Assembly (NCBI GenBank): GCA_965203465.1
Contig: CBDBCR010000003.1
Coordinates: forward strand, 160,001 to 224,000
From: Nitrosopumilaceae archaeon
GTDB lineage: Archaea; Thermoproteota; Nitrososphaeria; Nitrososphaerales; Nitrosopumilaceae
Length of the DNA stretch: 64,000 nucleotides
Reading direction: 5' to 3'
The notes under the pieces: generated by a model
Databases searched by the model: none
Told to the model about the DNA's origin: nothing
What the model saw: only the letters and a program-made list of their open reading frames with translations
Program-made: the position numbers and the translations under genes
In this document: positions 39,902 through 49,545 of the stretch, piece by piece
Position numbering within the stretch: position 1 is the stretch's first letter
How the letters are laid out: every line of letters begins with the position of its first letter

Positions 39902-41239
39902 TTACGCGCCGTCTCTGCTTCCCGCGAACGGCACGCCCCTTGCGGTCTCGCATATGCAGCCCGCCCTCGCCTTGGGGCTGTCCGATATTGCGAACCCGTC
40001 CTTGATCTCCACCAGCTGGCGCGAATCGGGGTTTTCGCCTAATGCTTCCAGCATTCCGATCAGCTTGTTCACCGCCATGCTGGCGGCCATGGTGGTGAGC
40101 GATACGATGCTGGGCTGAGCTTCGAGCCCGTCATAGTATCCTTCGTTTGCAAGCCGCGTCCGCTCTCGGGCGGTCAGCGACTCTTGCAGGATCACGCGCC
40201 CGTCCAGCGTTCCGGTGCACCACAGGCACGGCCCGTCGGGCGTCACTGCCTGTACCTTGGCAACTGCCTGTAGCACGCCTCCCCCGTCTGCCATGTGGAT
40301 TCTGCACCCGACGTCGATCAGAGGCACCAAGTACCTGTGGGATACCTCGTTCAAAACGCACCTGCTAGTCAGGTTGTCGGTGCATGCGAACATGACATCG
40401 GACTCTATCAACGCGCCCCTCATGGCCACCGTCGACGCGTCGGCGCACACCGCCTCCACGTTACACTCTGAAAATGACGAGATGTGCTCCCCCACCACGA
40501 CTGACTTGGGCCTGCCCACGTCGGCGTCGGTCGCCCCGTACACCCGGGGCAGGTTGGTCGGATCCACAGAATCCATGTCTATCAGCCTCAACCGGCCCAC
40601 CCCCATCCGTGCAAGCTGCACGGCCACCGACGAGCCGGTGCCCCCGGCGCCGACCACCGTGACAGCCAGATCCCGCAGCTGCGATTGGGCGAGCCGCCCC
40701 AGCGCCCGCGCCTGCCGGTCGAACTTTGCAGGAGAGTCTCCGCACATGCCGGAGGGGCGTGCCAGCGTTTCGCCTGCGGCCCTTATGCGATCAACCTGAC
40801 AAAACTCGCCGTCCGCGTCGCGCACCACGCCGCGCGCATCCTCCATGCCGAACACGAGGCTGCCCAGCGGCCTGTCCGGCAGTATATGGCCCAGGTTTTC
40901 GAGTAGGCGAACGTTGGACTCTTGGTCGATTTTGCCGAACTCGGCGCGGCGAGAGCTCGGATGGGTGTGCGCGAAAACCAGCCCAAGGCCCCCCTCGTCG
41001 GCCCTCATCGCGCATCGGTTCACGAACGACGAGTTGGGCTCGAGTTCCACGCTCGACGCCCTGTTCCACGAGCCCGCTTCCGGTTCCAGAATTTCCGCCA
41101 CCAGCAGGCCGGCAGACTTTTGCGTGCGGTAGTGTCGCACCAGCAGAAAGCACCCGTTCTCGCGAGGGGCCGTAGAAAACAGCAACCTGCGCAGATCGCG
41201 GTACAGTTTGCCCGGAAACGCCACTGTCCACACGGTCAA
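39902..41239 (-). CDS. JAB/MPN metallopeptidase - ThiF/E1-like adenylation enzyme fusion
   Basis: N-terminal ENGCF...AHTHP...FGKID; C-terminal FDRQ, VVGAGGTGS, DMDSVDPTNLPR, ACTDN, PCLWC, CIC; TTG start overlaps the E2 stop. Confidence 0.9.
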   Translation of the reverse strand: MTVWTVAFPGKLYRDLRRLLFSTAPRENGCFLLVRHYRTQKSAGLLVAEILEPEAGSWNRASSVELEPNSSFVNRCAMRADEGGLGLVFAHTHPSSRRAEFGKIDQESNVRLLENLGHILPDRPLGSLVFGMEDARGVVRDADGEFCQVDRIRAAGETLARPSGMCGDSPAKFDRQARALGRLAQSQLRDLAVTVVGAGGTGSSVAVQLARMGVGRLRLIDMDSVDPTNLPRVYGATDADVGRPKSVVVGEHISSFSECNVEAVCADASTVAMRGALIESDVMFACTDNLTSRCVLNEVSHRYLVPLIDVGCRIHMADGGGVLQAVAKVQAVTPDGPCLWCTGTLDGRVILQESLTARERTRLANEGYYDGLEAQPSIVSLTTMAASMAVNKLIGMLEALGENPDSRQLVEIKDGFAISDSPKARAGCICETARGVPFAGSRDGA

Positions 41240-41624
41240 TCCTCCCCCGGTAGCCTCTGCTGCACGTACGCTACGAACCCCGCAATGTCGCCGCGCGACG
41301 GGTTCCATCCGCGCTCTCTATAAGTGGAGTAGCTGAACCTGCGCCATGCTCGTCCCAGGCGTGATTCTTCCACCTCGCCCCCCGCGGGAATTTGGCCATC
41401 GCGCAATGCAAGAGACGTATCTGCCCAAAACACGCCAAACCCGGCCTGCTGGCAATAGGGCGTAGTAAACACCATTACGCGGCCACATCCATGTTGTGCG
41501 TTCCTTTAGGTACCGGGAAGTCTCGGAATGCGACGTAGGTTTTTGCGTTGCGTTCTGTGACAAACGTACCAAATCTACTCTTTTGCAGGACGGCCAAATC
41601 GCTGTCCAGATCGTGTGGGATCAA
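41236..41624 (-). pseudogene. Prokaryotic E2-like (family E) conjugating enzyme, frameshifted near 41477
   Basis: Frame 1 MIPHDLDSDLAVL...FRDFPVPKGTHNMDVAA* (41624-41475); frame 2 VMVFTTPY...FWAD..LALRDGQIP...GRAWRRFSY...WNPSRGDIAGFV..VQQRL. Confidence 0.8.
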
Positions 41625-41842
41625 CCGTACGGCACGCTCTTTAGTATGGCATTACATTGCATGCCGCACTCTATAGTCACAGCGGCATCGGGTGCCAGTT
41701 TTTCGGCGTCCCGTCCACTCATCTTAAACAGGTCGTATTCGTCTGGTGTTAAGCCGGCCAATTCGAGTACCCGCCTTCCTTGTAGCGGGCCCTCATCAAC
41801 ACGGATCTCTTGCTTGTTGACCCGAATCACGCAAGTCGCCAT
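41621..41842 (-). CDS. Ubiquitin-like beta-grasp protein (multi-ubiquitin domain type) ending in Gly
   Basis: 73 aa: IRVNKQE...LQGRRVLELAGL.PDEYDLF...LAPDAAVTI..GMQ.NAILKSVPYG*. Confidence 0.85.
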   Translation of the reverse strand: MATCVIRVNKQEIRVDEGPLQGRRVLELAGLTPDEYDLFKMSGRDAEKLAPDAAVTIECGMQCNAILKSVPYG

Positions 41843-41863
41843 GCCCCTGTGCATGCAGGGTAT

Positions 41864-41894
41864 GATTTAAGGGCATCTCACTTAACAAGGTTAA
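41864..41894 (-). promoter_or_regulatory. TATA-like box and TTAAC-N3-GTTAA palindrome upstream of the Ubl operon
   Basis: TTAAAT on the - strand about 25 nt before ATG 41842; ttaacaaggttaa at 41882-41894. Confidence 0.45.
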
Positions 41895-42244
41895 TCGCGT
41901 GAACAAGATCAATAAAGTAAAGATGCGCCAAGCCGCGGACAACACTGGGATCCACGTAGCCCCGGCAGGCTGCGATGTCAAGAGGGCGTCCGATCCGCTG
42001 ATGGCCACGCATGCCGATGCCCTGTCGTGCACGTGCGTGACAACTATGCCACCGCCAAGTTTCTAGACGTGGTTTGCCGAGAACCAAATCTACGTCAACG
42101 TATCCACGGGCAGAGATCACCGCGATAGCCGGATGCCGTCGTGCATGGCGTGGTGCGCAGCGCCGTATTACGCGCCCTCGTATCAGAACAGATCCGTCTC
42201 CAGACACGAGAAGTCATGCGTAATTACTCTCAGTTCGCGTATCC

Positions 42245-42497
42245 ATGCCTAGAAAACGCGAACATGGGCATTTACGCATGACTTCTACGGAGTACGTAAT
42301 GGGGCTATTCTGGCGATCATTGAAAAATCGCCTCCCCTTCTGCATGTCAGGCAGGCATGAAACGGAATCTTCCATGACCGGCAGAATAGATCCAATGGAA
42401 GAGCGGAAGTTCGTCTCTGAAGGCCAGCGGGCGCAGAAGCGAAGTGCGGGTTACCGAGCAGGGCAAAAAAGCGCTCAAAATATTCGGCACATCGTAG
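42245..42497 (+). pseudogene. Decayed MarR-like winged-helix regulator
   Basis: Fragments across frames: LRMTSTEY, AILAIIEKSPP, SMTGRIDPMEERKFV, VTEQGKKALKIF. Confidence 0.45.
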
Positions 42498-42817
42498 AGT
42501 GTGCGCTCTGCGCCAGACGGGTTTACCAGACACGTTGGCCGGTTGTGCGATGCCAGTGAAGGTATCTGGTAGCCCAACACGTCACGTTATGCGTGACTGC
42601 CGACATTCTGACAGAGGCGGCGTTTTGCGTGTCGAGTTCATGCGCTTGCCTCCGATCAGGCAATTCCGGCAACTCCCGGCCGCCCCTGCGAGCCAGCATT
42701 TCCGGCAATGCGCTTTTCGACTGCGAGACGTTCGGTGAACGCGTCGTCTGCCACGGCCAGACATCCCGCGTCGTAGTGGCAAGAGCGTTGCGCACGTGCC
42801 TCTGCCGCCTGCCGCGT

Positions 42818-43312
42818 TCAGGCCCGCCCTATCTTCTTTTTGTAGTACGCTTTGGTCTCTTCGTCAGGAATGACGGTGTGAAACGCGCGCGGTCTGTAGT
42901 GCTTCTTCCACGGAGTGTCGCTTGCGTGGGTGAGCGCTATGAGGCGGTTGCCGGACAGTTTTCCGTAGACGTCTATGACGGCGTCCAGTATCTCGCGCCT
43001 TTTTTCGTCTATCCTGCTCTTGAAAAAGTCCAACCGGTCTCCGAATTCAGGCTTGCCAAACGCCGTGCCGCAGTATTCCAACGACTGGATGGGATCCGAT
43101 TCGTGGTCTCTCAGCGCGAAATACAGCGACGGAAATACCGGCCCGTACCTCCACGCCTGGGCCTTTTCCCTGACCAGAGGCACGTCGAGCGCCGCCAGCG
43201 AGTACCCGTGGGCGATGTACGCCGTTTTGATTACTTGGAGCGAGGTCACGCTTGCCTTGCTGTTCGCTATTATGTAGTCGGCAACAAGCAACGCCGAATA
43301 ACCCCCGTCCAT
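42818..43312 (-). CDS. Panacea (DUF4065/SocA) antitoxin-domain protein
   Basis: VADYII...TSLQVIKTAYIAHG...AQAWRYGPVFPSLY...YGKLSGNRLIALTH..TPW. Confidence 0.9.
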   Translation of the reverse strand: MDGGYSALLVADYIIANSKASVTSLQVIKTAYIAHGYSLAALDVPLVREKAQAWRYGPVFPSLYFALRDHESDPIQSLEYCGTAFGKPEFGDRLDFFKSRIDEKRREILDAVIDVYGKLSGNRLIALTHASDTPWKKHYRPRAFHTVIPDEETKAYYKKKIGRA

Positions 43313-43533
43313 CGTGCATCTGCACAAAAGCCCGTATTAAAAGATGGTTCGGCAGGTTTTGTTCGGTAGCTGGCGGCTGGTGCCTGCGCTAGGCGGCTTC
43401 CCGTCTGATCGGCTTTCCCCAGATGCCGAACCCGGTTGCGCGGCGGCACGCCCAGGAAAAGCTGCATGCCCGACGGTCTGGCCGGCCGCCCCGACTGCGG
43501 ACAGCATTGCGGATCTGTCGGCGTCCCGTCCGC

Positions 43534-44592
43534 TCACGACACGGCCTCAAGCACCGCCTCGGCGACTTCCGAGACCTGCCCGTCCTCGAGCTGCGGGTAC
43601 GAAGGAAGGGACAGTACCTGCTCGCAGAAAGACTCCGCGCGCGGCAGGGACGCGCTGCCGGCGAACACGGGCTGCCTGTGTATGGGCGTGGCGTAGTGTA
43701 CGATGGTCCCTATCTCCTTCGACTTCAGGTGCCTCCGTATCCGATCCCTGCCCGCGTGCTTTAGTACTATCTGGTGAAAGACCGACTTTCCGCGCGGGTT
43801 TTCCCGCAGAAGGCGGCCGCCGCCCAGTTTTTTCCGGTACAGCTCGGCTATCCGGCGCCTCCTGGAGTTGGCCCCGTCCAGTCCGGACAGCTGCACCCTG
43901 CCGGCCGCCGCGTTGACCGTGTTCAGCCTCATGGTGTACCCCAGCCTCTCGTGCACGGTCGGATCGCCGGCGGCTCTGCCGTTGTCCCGCATCGAGGCGA
44001 CCGCCGAGGCCAGTTCCTCGTCGTCGGTGGTCACCATGCCGCCGTCGCCCATCACGGTCATGTTCTTTGTCGTGTAGAACGAAAAGCAGCCGGCCCTTCC
44101 GAGGCTGCCGCACTTTCTGCCGCCGAACTCGGCGCCGTGCGCCTGGCACGCGTCCTCCACTACGGGTATGCCCTCGTCCTCGGCGTACGACGAGACCGCG
44201 TCCCAGTCGCACGGGTTGCCGTAGATGTGCACTGGCACCAGCGCGCTCGGCCGCCCCCCGCACGTGGAAACGTCGATGTTCCCGTCCGACTCGTGTATGT
44301 CGCACAGCAGGGGCCGCGCGCCGGCCGCCAGTATGCAGCTTGCAGACGCCACGAACGAGTTGGTGGACGTGGCCACCGCGCCCCCCGCGGAGACGCCCAG
44401 CGCCGCGAGGCACAGGTGCAGCGCCGAGTTCCCCGAATTCACCGAGACCGCGCGCTTGGTCCCCACGTACCTGGCAAACTCCTCTTCGAACTTGTAGACG
44501 CTCTCGCCCATGACCAGCTTTTCGTTGCGCAGCGCGTCGGTCATGGCCTCGACGGTCTCCGGCGTCACCGACGGCACGAAGAACGGTATCAC
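43534..44592 (-). CDS. DegT/DnrJ/EryC1/StrS family aminotransferase
   Basis: FEEEFA, VHIYG, EDACQAHGA, FSFYTTKNMT..DGG. Confidence 0.93.
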   Translation of the reverse strand: MIPFFVPSVTPETVEAMTDALRNEKLVMGESVYKFEEEFARYVGTKRAVSVNSGNSALHLCLAALGVSAGGAVATSTNSFVASASCILAAGARPLLCDIHESDGNIDVSTCGGRPSALVPVHIYGNPCDWDAVSSYAEDEGIPVVEDACQAHGAEFGGRKCGSLGRAGCFSFYTTKNMTVMGDGGMVTTDDEELASAVASMRDNGRAAGDPTVHERLGYTMRLNTVNAAAGRVQLSGLDGANSRRRRIAELYRKKLGGGRLLRENPRGKSVFHQIVLKHAGRDRIRRHLKSKEIGTIVHYATPIHRQPVFAGSASLPRAESFCEQVLSLPSYPQLEDGQVSEVAEAVLEAVS

Positions 44593-44663
44593 GCGGCGGC
44601 CGGCCCCGGGTTTCAATATATAACATGGGCCGCCGGCTTGCGCGGGCGCGCCGCCTGCCATAT

Positions 44664-45122
44664 ATGCAGGGCGCGCGGGCGCGCCGCGTTGCGAGGCGAA
44701 GCGCGGGGCGCATCCGCGCCGGCGCCCCCGGGTCGGTCAGGACCAAGAGCGTCTATGCGCCGAAGGAGCGGGGGGACGGGATCCGGGTGCTGGTCACCAG
44801 GTTCTACCCGCGCGGCGTCAAAAAGGATCACTTTGACAGGTGGTGCAGGGATCTTGCGCCCGGCGCGCAGCTGCTCAGGGAATACAGGGGCGGGTTCGCG
44901 GGCCGCGAGGCGTTCTGCGCCGCCTTCAGGGGGCAGCTGCGCGGGGGCAGCGCGGCGTCGGCCATGGCAGGTCTGCGCGCAGAATCGCGGCGCCGGCCCG
45001 TGACCCTGCTGTGCTACGAGCCGTCCGGCGCCTTTTGCCACCGGCACCTGCTCAGGGAGATCCTCGCCAACCCGTCCCTGATCCGCAAAGACTTCGAGCC
45101 CGGCTACGACGACCCCGGATGA
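44664..45122 (+). CDS. DUF488 (YeaO-like) protein
   Basis: KSVY...DGIRVLVTRFYPRGVKK...W.RDLAP; VTLLCYE...CHR; start uncertain. Confidence 0.82.
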   Translation: MQGARARRVARRSAGRIRAGAPGSVRTKSVYAPKERGDGIRVLVTRFYPRGVKKDHFDRWCRDLAPGAQLLREYRGGFAGREAFCAAFRGQLRGGSAASAMAGLRAESRRRPVTLLCYEPSGAFCHRHLLREILANPSLIRKDFEPGYDDPG

Positions 45123-46378
45123 GGGCCGGCCCCGCCGGCGAGCTCGCGCGCGCGCGACATCGAGACGTCGCCCTCCGAGGCCATCTGCTCCGCTATCCGG
45201 TCGGCCTCGCCGGCCCGGGCGCCGGCCGCCGCGGCCAGGTTGCGCGCGTGCAGGCGCATGTGCCCCTTTTGTATGCCGTCGGTCGCAAGGGCCAGCATGG
45301 CGGCCAGGTTCTGGGCCAGCCCCGCCGAGGCCATGACGCACGCCAGGTCGGCCGCGCCCGACGCCCCGCACACCGCGATGCAGGCCGCCGCGGTCGGGTG
45401 CGCGCCCGATATCCCGCCCACGGTGCCCACCGGCATCGGCAGCTCGACGCTGCCGCGCAGGTTGCCGCCCTCCACGCTCCACTCCGAGAGCGACGAGTAC
45501 GCCCCTCCCCTCGCGGCGTACGCGTGCGCCGCCGCCTCGACCGCGCGCGTGTCCTGCCCCGTCGCCGTGGCCACCGCGGCCACGCCGTTCATGATGCCCT
45601 TGTTGTGCGTGACGGCCCGGTACACGTCGTGCTTTGCGAACAAAAAGGCGGACACCACGTCGCGCGCGGCCCGCTCGCCGCCCATCATCCGCGCGTCGAA
45701 GGTGGCAGAGGCGCGCGCCAGCCGCCTAGTCGAATAGTTTGACAGTATCCGCAGCAGCGCCCGCCCGCCGGTCAGCTCCGATACGAGCGGCGCGACGGCC
45801 TCGCACATGGCGTTGGTCACGTTGGCCCCCATGGCGTCGCCCACGTCGACGAGCAGCTCCACGGAGAGCATGGGCTGCCCCTCCGCGTCTATCTGCCTGC
45901 ACGAGACGCGCTTGGCGCCCCTGCCCAGGCGCGCCAGCGTCGAGCTGCACGCGTTGGCCGCCTCCAGTATGCGCCCCGACTCCGAGAGGACGGCGGCGGC
46001 AGCGTCGGGCCGCGCCCCGAGCACCTGCACCTGCCCCGTGCTGTACGATTCGGGGCACTCTGCTCTGAAACCCCCGTGCGGCCTTGCCAGCTTTGCCGCC
46101 TTGGAGGCGGCGGCGACCACGGAGGGCTCCTCGACCGCCATGGGCACCAGCGTCTCTTTGCCGTTGATGACGAAGTTTGTCGCCACCCCCAGGGGCAGCG
46201 CGAAGGTGCCCAGCGCGTTCTCGGTCATGCGCTCGGCCCGCTCGTAGTCCAGGCCCCCGTCGGGCGAGCGGAGGGCGCCGGCCTGCCCTTCGGAGAGGCC
46301 GGCCAGCTCGCGCACGGCCTCGAGCCGCTCGTCGCGCGTCCTCTTGTGGAATCCGGGCAGCGAGCTCAGGCCCCTCAC
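45104..46378 (-). CDS. hmgA: Class II hydroxymethylglutaryl-CoA reductase
   Basis: ENALG, EEPSVVAA, DAMGAN, THNKGIMNG, GIQKGHM. Confidence 0.94.
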   Translation of the reverse strand: MRGLSSLPGFHKRTRDERLEAVRELAGLSEGQAGALRSPDGGLDYERAERMTENALGTFALPLGVATNFVINGKETLVPMAVEEPSVVAAASKAAKLARPHGGFRAECPESYSTGQVQVLGARPDAAAAVLSESGRILEAANACSSTLARLGRGAKRVSCRQIDAEGQPMLSVELLVDVGDAMGANVTNAMCEAVAPLVSELTGGRALLRILSNYSTRRLARASATFDARMMGGERAARDVVSAFLFAKHDVYRAVTHNKGIMNGVAAVATATGQDTRAVEAAAHAYAARGGAYSSLSEWSVEGGNLRGSVELPMPVGTVGGISGAHPTAAACIAVCGASGAADLACVMASAGLAQNLAAMLALATDGIQKGHMRLHARNLAAAAGARAGEADRIAEQMASEGDVSMSRARELAGGAGPHPGSS

Positions 46379-47490
46379 CTCAGTATCCGCAGCAGGCGGT
46401 CGTCGTCGCCCGACGGGAACCCCCGCCCGTCGGTGTTGGACGTGAGTATGTACACGTCCCCGCCGGGCCCCTGCGCCACGTCCCTGATGCGCCCCACGCC
46501 GCTGAGCACTATCTTTTGCGAGTGCAGTCCCGGATCGGAGGTATCCAGCGAGTACAGGTTGGAGGCGCGCAGCGAGGCCATCAGCAGCCGGCCGTCGAGG
46601 CCGTCGATCCCGCCCCTGTACGCGGCGATGCCGCCCGGCTCGATCGCCGGATCGTAGCAGAGGATCGGATCCTCGTACCCCTCCCCGGAGCACTCCTGCT
46701 CGGGCCAGCCGTAGTTGCGCCCGGGCAGCACGACGTTGATCTCGTCGTTCTTGGTGGGGCCCGCGTCTGAGACGTAAAAGTTGCCCGCCCCGTCCCAGGC
46801 CATCCCCTGCGGGTTGCGGAAGCCCGAGGCGAACACGTGCGAGCCGCCCTCCGGGTTGGTCTCGGGGACCGACCCGTCGTCTGACATGCGCAGTATCTTG
46901 CCGGCAGGCGAGCCCGGATCCTGCGGCAGGTGCGACGAATCCGAGACCGAGCCGGTCGCCACGTACAGGTAGCCGTCGGGGCCGAACTTTATGGCCCCGC
47001 CGTTGCTGAACTCCGAGCCGGGTATGCGATCGAGCAGCGTCCTGGCCGAGGCCAGCCGGTCGCCCGACTCGGTGAACGAGACCACCTTGTTCCAGAGCCG
47101 GCCGTCCTCGACGTACGTGTGGTACGCGTACAGCGTGCGGTTGGACTCAAAGTCGGGGTGGGCCGCTATGCCCAGCAGCCCCCCGTCGAAGGCGCGCGGG
47201 ACGCGGAACGAGGCCAGCGGGGCCTCGAGGACGCGGCCGTCCCTGTACACCAGGACGCGCCCGTCCCTCTCCGCGATGTATATGGCGCCGTCCCCGAAGG
47301 CCATGGAGCGCGGCCTGTCCAGGCCGGTGGCCAGCACCTCGACCGAGTCGTTGCCCTGCCGCGTCGTGAGCGGATCGGGCAGCGGCGGCGGCGCGCCCGG
47401 CGAGGCCAGTATCACCGCCGCGGCGGCCGCGGCGGCGGCGATGCCGGCTACGCGCAGGCGCTTGTCGAGCCCGCCCGGTTTTTCGGTCAT
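46375..47490 (-). CDS. PQQ-dependent sugar (glucose/sorbosone) dehydrogenase family protein
   Basis: GLLGIAAHPDF, GGAIKFGPDGYLY, GKILR, GFRNPQG, GRNYGWP. Confidence 0.9.
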   Translation of the reverse strand: MTEKPGGLDKRLRVAGIAAAAAAAAVILASPGAPPPLPDPLTTRQGNDSVEVLATGLDRPRSMAFGDGAIYIAERDGRVLVYRDGRVLEAPLASFRVPRAFDGGLLGIAAHPDFESNRTLYAYHTYVEDGRLWNKVVSFTESGDRLASARTLLDRIPGSEFSNGGAIKFGPDGYLYVATGSVSDSSHLPQDPGSPAGKILRMSDDGSVPETNPEGGSHVFASGFRNPQGMAWDGAGNFYVSDAGPTKNDEINVVLPGRNYGWPEQECSGEGYEDPILCYDPAIEPGGIAAYRGGIDGLDGRLLMASLRASNLYSLDTSDPGLHSQKIVLSGVGRIRDVAQGPGGDVYILTSNTDGRGFPSGDDDRLLRILR

Positions 47491-47829
47491 GCCCACCCGG
47501 CCCAAGCGCCCATGCGCCGTCCGGGGCGCGCCGTGGTATAAAGCGTGGGGCCGGCGCGGATGCAAGAGTTTGGCCTCGCCCGAGCGGGCCGGTTCTGGCA
47601 TCGGGCGTGAAAACCCCGCGCCGGGCCGGCTGGGGGCGGCCGGCCGGCGGACGGACGGCCCGGGCTCGACGCGGCGCCCGCGCCCCGTTGCGCCTGCAGG
47701 CTCTGGAAAGCGCGGGACAGGCCGCCGTCCGAATCTCCGAACGGAGCGCTCTGCAGGGCGCCTAGCCGAGCTCGCCCCGGACCTGCCCGCATCCTAGATC
47801 TGCGCGGCCCCTCCGAACGCCGGATTTTT

Positions 47830-48318
47830 ATGGCTGGCCGTACCGGATACGCCGTGGGAGAAGCAAGCGCGAAAGTCGGGGATCTCGCGGAGCAGTTCGC
47901 GAACAAAGAGGCCCGCCTTCCAGAGGCGGTAGAAGACCGGGTGTCCAGGCTGGAAAGGCGGATGGAGCGCCAAGAGCGCGCCACCGACGAACTGCGGTTT
48001 CGGGCGAATTCGGGGTTCTCGCAGGAGCGCATCGACAAAGTCGTAGAGTACATGGAAGGCGCGTTCGGCGAACTGGAGGGCGTGGAGCAAATCCGCTACC
48101 TGATCTTGGAGGACGGGACGTGGCGCGTGCTCGCAATCCACTCCATGGAAGACAGGGTGGAGGCGCTGAAGCGCGTCTGCAAAAAATCCGTCCAAGTCGA
48201 GAGGGCGTTCGGGGGCATGGACGTCTTGTCTCTGGTGATGCACAAGACGGAAGTGCTCCCCGAGCACCTTGCGGGCACCAAGGCGGTTTTTGCCAGGGGA
48301 GGCGCAGATCGCCGATGA
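47830..48318 (+). CDS. Putative antitoxin (coiled coil plus nucleotidyltransferase-like fold) paired with HEPN
   Basis: 162-aa ORF with ATGA overlap into the HEPN gene; role inferred from pairing. Confidence 0.5.
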   Translation: MAGRTGYAVGEASAKVGDLAEQFANKEARLPEAVEDRVSRLERRMERQERATDELRFRANSGFSQERIDKVVEYMEGAFGELEGVEQIRYLILEDGTWRVLAIHSMEDRVEALKRVCKKSVQVERAFGGMDVLSLVMHKTEVLPEHLAGTKAVFARGGADRR

Positions 48319-48662
48319 GCTGGCACGCCAAGCAAAGATCCCACAACCACGACGTGCAGCGGATCTTGTCGAAGCACCCCCTGTGCAGGGACTGGAAAAT
48401 CACCGCGCTGTTCTATTCCCTGCTCCACATGATCGACGGGTGTATGATCTCTATAGGCGCGGAACCACAAAACCACAGCCATCGCAGATGTCTCGTTAGG
48501 CAACATCTCCCCCACATCTACGAAGATTACGACCGTTTTTACAACCTGTGCCTGAGGGCGAGGTACTTGGCCCTGTTCGACAGTATAACGGAGGGCGAAA
48601 GGCAACACGCCGTGGAGCTGCACGGATCCATATGCGCCCGCGTACAGAGCAAGATGCCGTAG
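48315..48662 (+). CDS. HEPN-domain protein
   Basis: H.KQ..HN...DW.ITALFYS.LH...NHSHR...Y..FYNL...ARY. Confidence 0.7.
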   Translation: MSWHAKQRSHNHDVQRILSKHPLCRDWKITALFYSLLHMIDGCMISIGAEPQNHSHRRCLVRQHLPHIYEDYDRFYNLCLRARYLALFDSITEGERQHAVELHGSICARVQSKMP

Positions 48663-48921
48663 GCGGCGCTGAAAGATCCCGCAGCGGGGCCAAGTTTTTG
48701 CGTCCGCCGGTTTTGGCGTTGTTTACGCCGTAGGCCAAAGCGCGCCGTTCCGCGTAAAATGCCTGCGACGTGAGGAGCCGCGCGCGGCCGGCCGAGGCTA
48801 AACCCATACGGCGCGGAGTTCGGGCAGGCCGGCAAGATCCCGGGCCGGGCATGCTGTTTGTGCACCAGACGGCCACGAGCCGCCGGCAACACATTAAGCG
48901 GCCCCCGCGCGGCCGCGCTGC

Positions 48922-49545
48922 GTGCACAGCTGCGCCAGCGGGCTCGTCATGGCCGGCGGGCGCGGCTCGCGCATGGGCAATTCAAAAAAGCTGCTCGCGC
49001 TGTACGGCGGGCGCGAGTCGGTGCTGCGCGTCGCGGACGCCATGGCAGGTTCGGGCCGGATAGGCTGCGTAAGGGCGGCGGTCTCGCCACACGCCCCGCG
49101 CGCGCGCGCCCTGCTAGAATCGCGCGGCGTCGAGACCGTAGAGACGCCCGGCCGCGGCTACCCGCTCGACATGGCCGCGGCGCTCTCCGGGGCGGAGCTG
49201 CCCGCGATGGTCGTGCCCGGGGACATGCCCGCGATGGACGCCGGCGCCGTGCGCCAGATACTCGACGCGTGCGACCCGTCTGCTCCCTGGACCAGCGTCG
49301 TGTGCGACGCCGGCTTTGCAGAAAAGATCGGCGCCGAGCCGGGCCCGTGCGCGCCGGGCGGCAGGGTTTACTCCGGGATATCGGTGGTCGGCGCGCGCGT
49401 GCCGGAGGGCGAGGCGACCGAGACGCTGCTGGTGTACAACGACGCGCGCGCCGCGTTCAGCCTGAACCGCCCCCGGGATCTGGGCCTACTCTGCGCTGCC
49501 CGAGGCGGTGCCGCTGATGCGGGCCGCCGAGCCGGTCGGCCGTGA
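48922..49545 (+). CDS. NTP transferase (CobY/MobA-like)
   Basis: VMAGGRGSRMG..K.L, TPGRGY..D, PGDMP, SLNRP.DL. Confidence 0.75.
   Translation: MHSCASGLVMAGGRGSRMGNSKKLLALYGGRESVLRVADAMAGSGRIGCVRAAVSPHAPRARALLESRGVETVETPGRGYPLDMAAALSGAELPAMVVPGDMPAMDAGAVRQILDACDPSAPWTSVVCDAGFAEKIGAEPGPCAPGGRVYSGISVVGARVPEGEATETLLVYNDARAAFSLNRPRDLGLLCAARGGAADAGRRAGRP

Noticed and set aside
41878-42207. 109-aa ORF upstream of the Ubl as a fourth operon member
   Set aside because: No recognisable motif, atypical composition, and a TATA-like element lies between it and the Ubl start.
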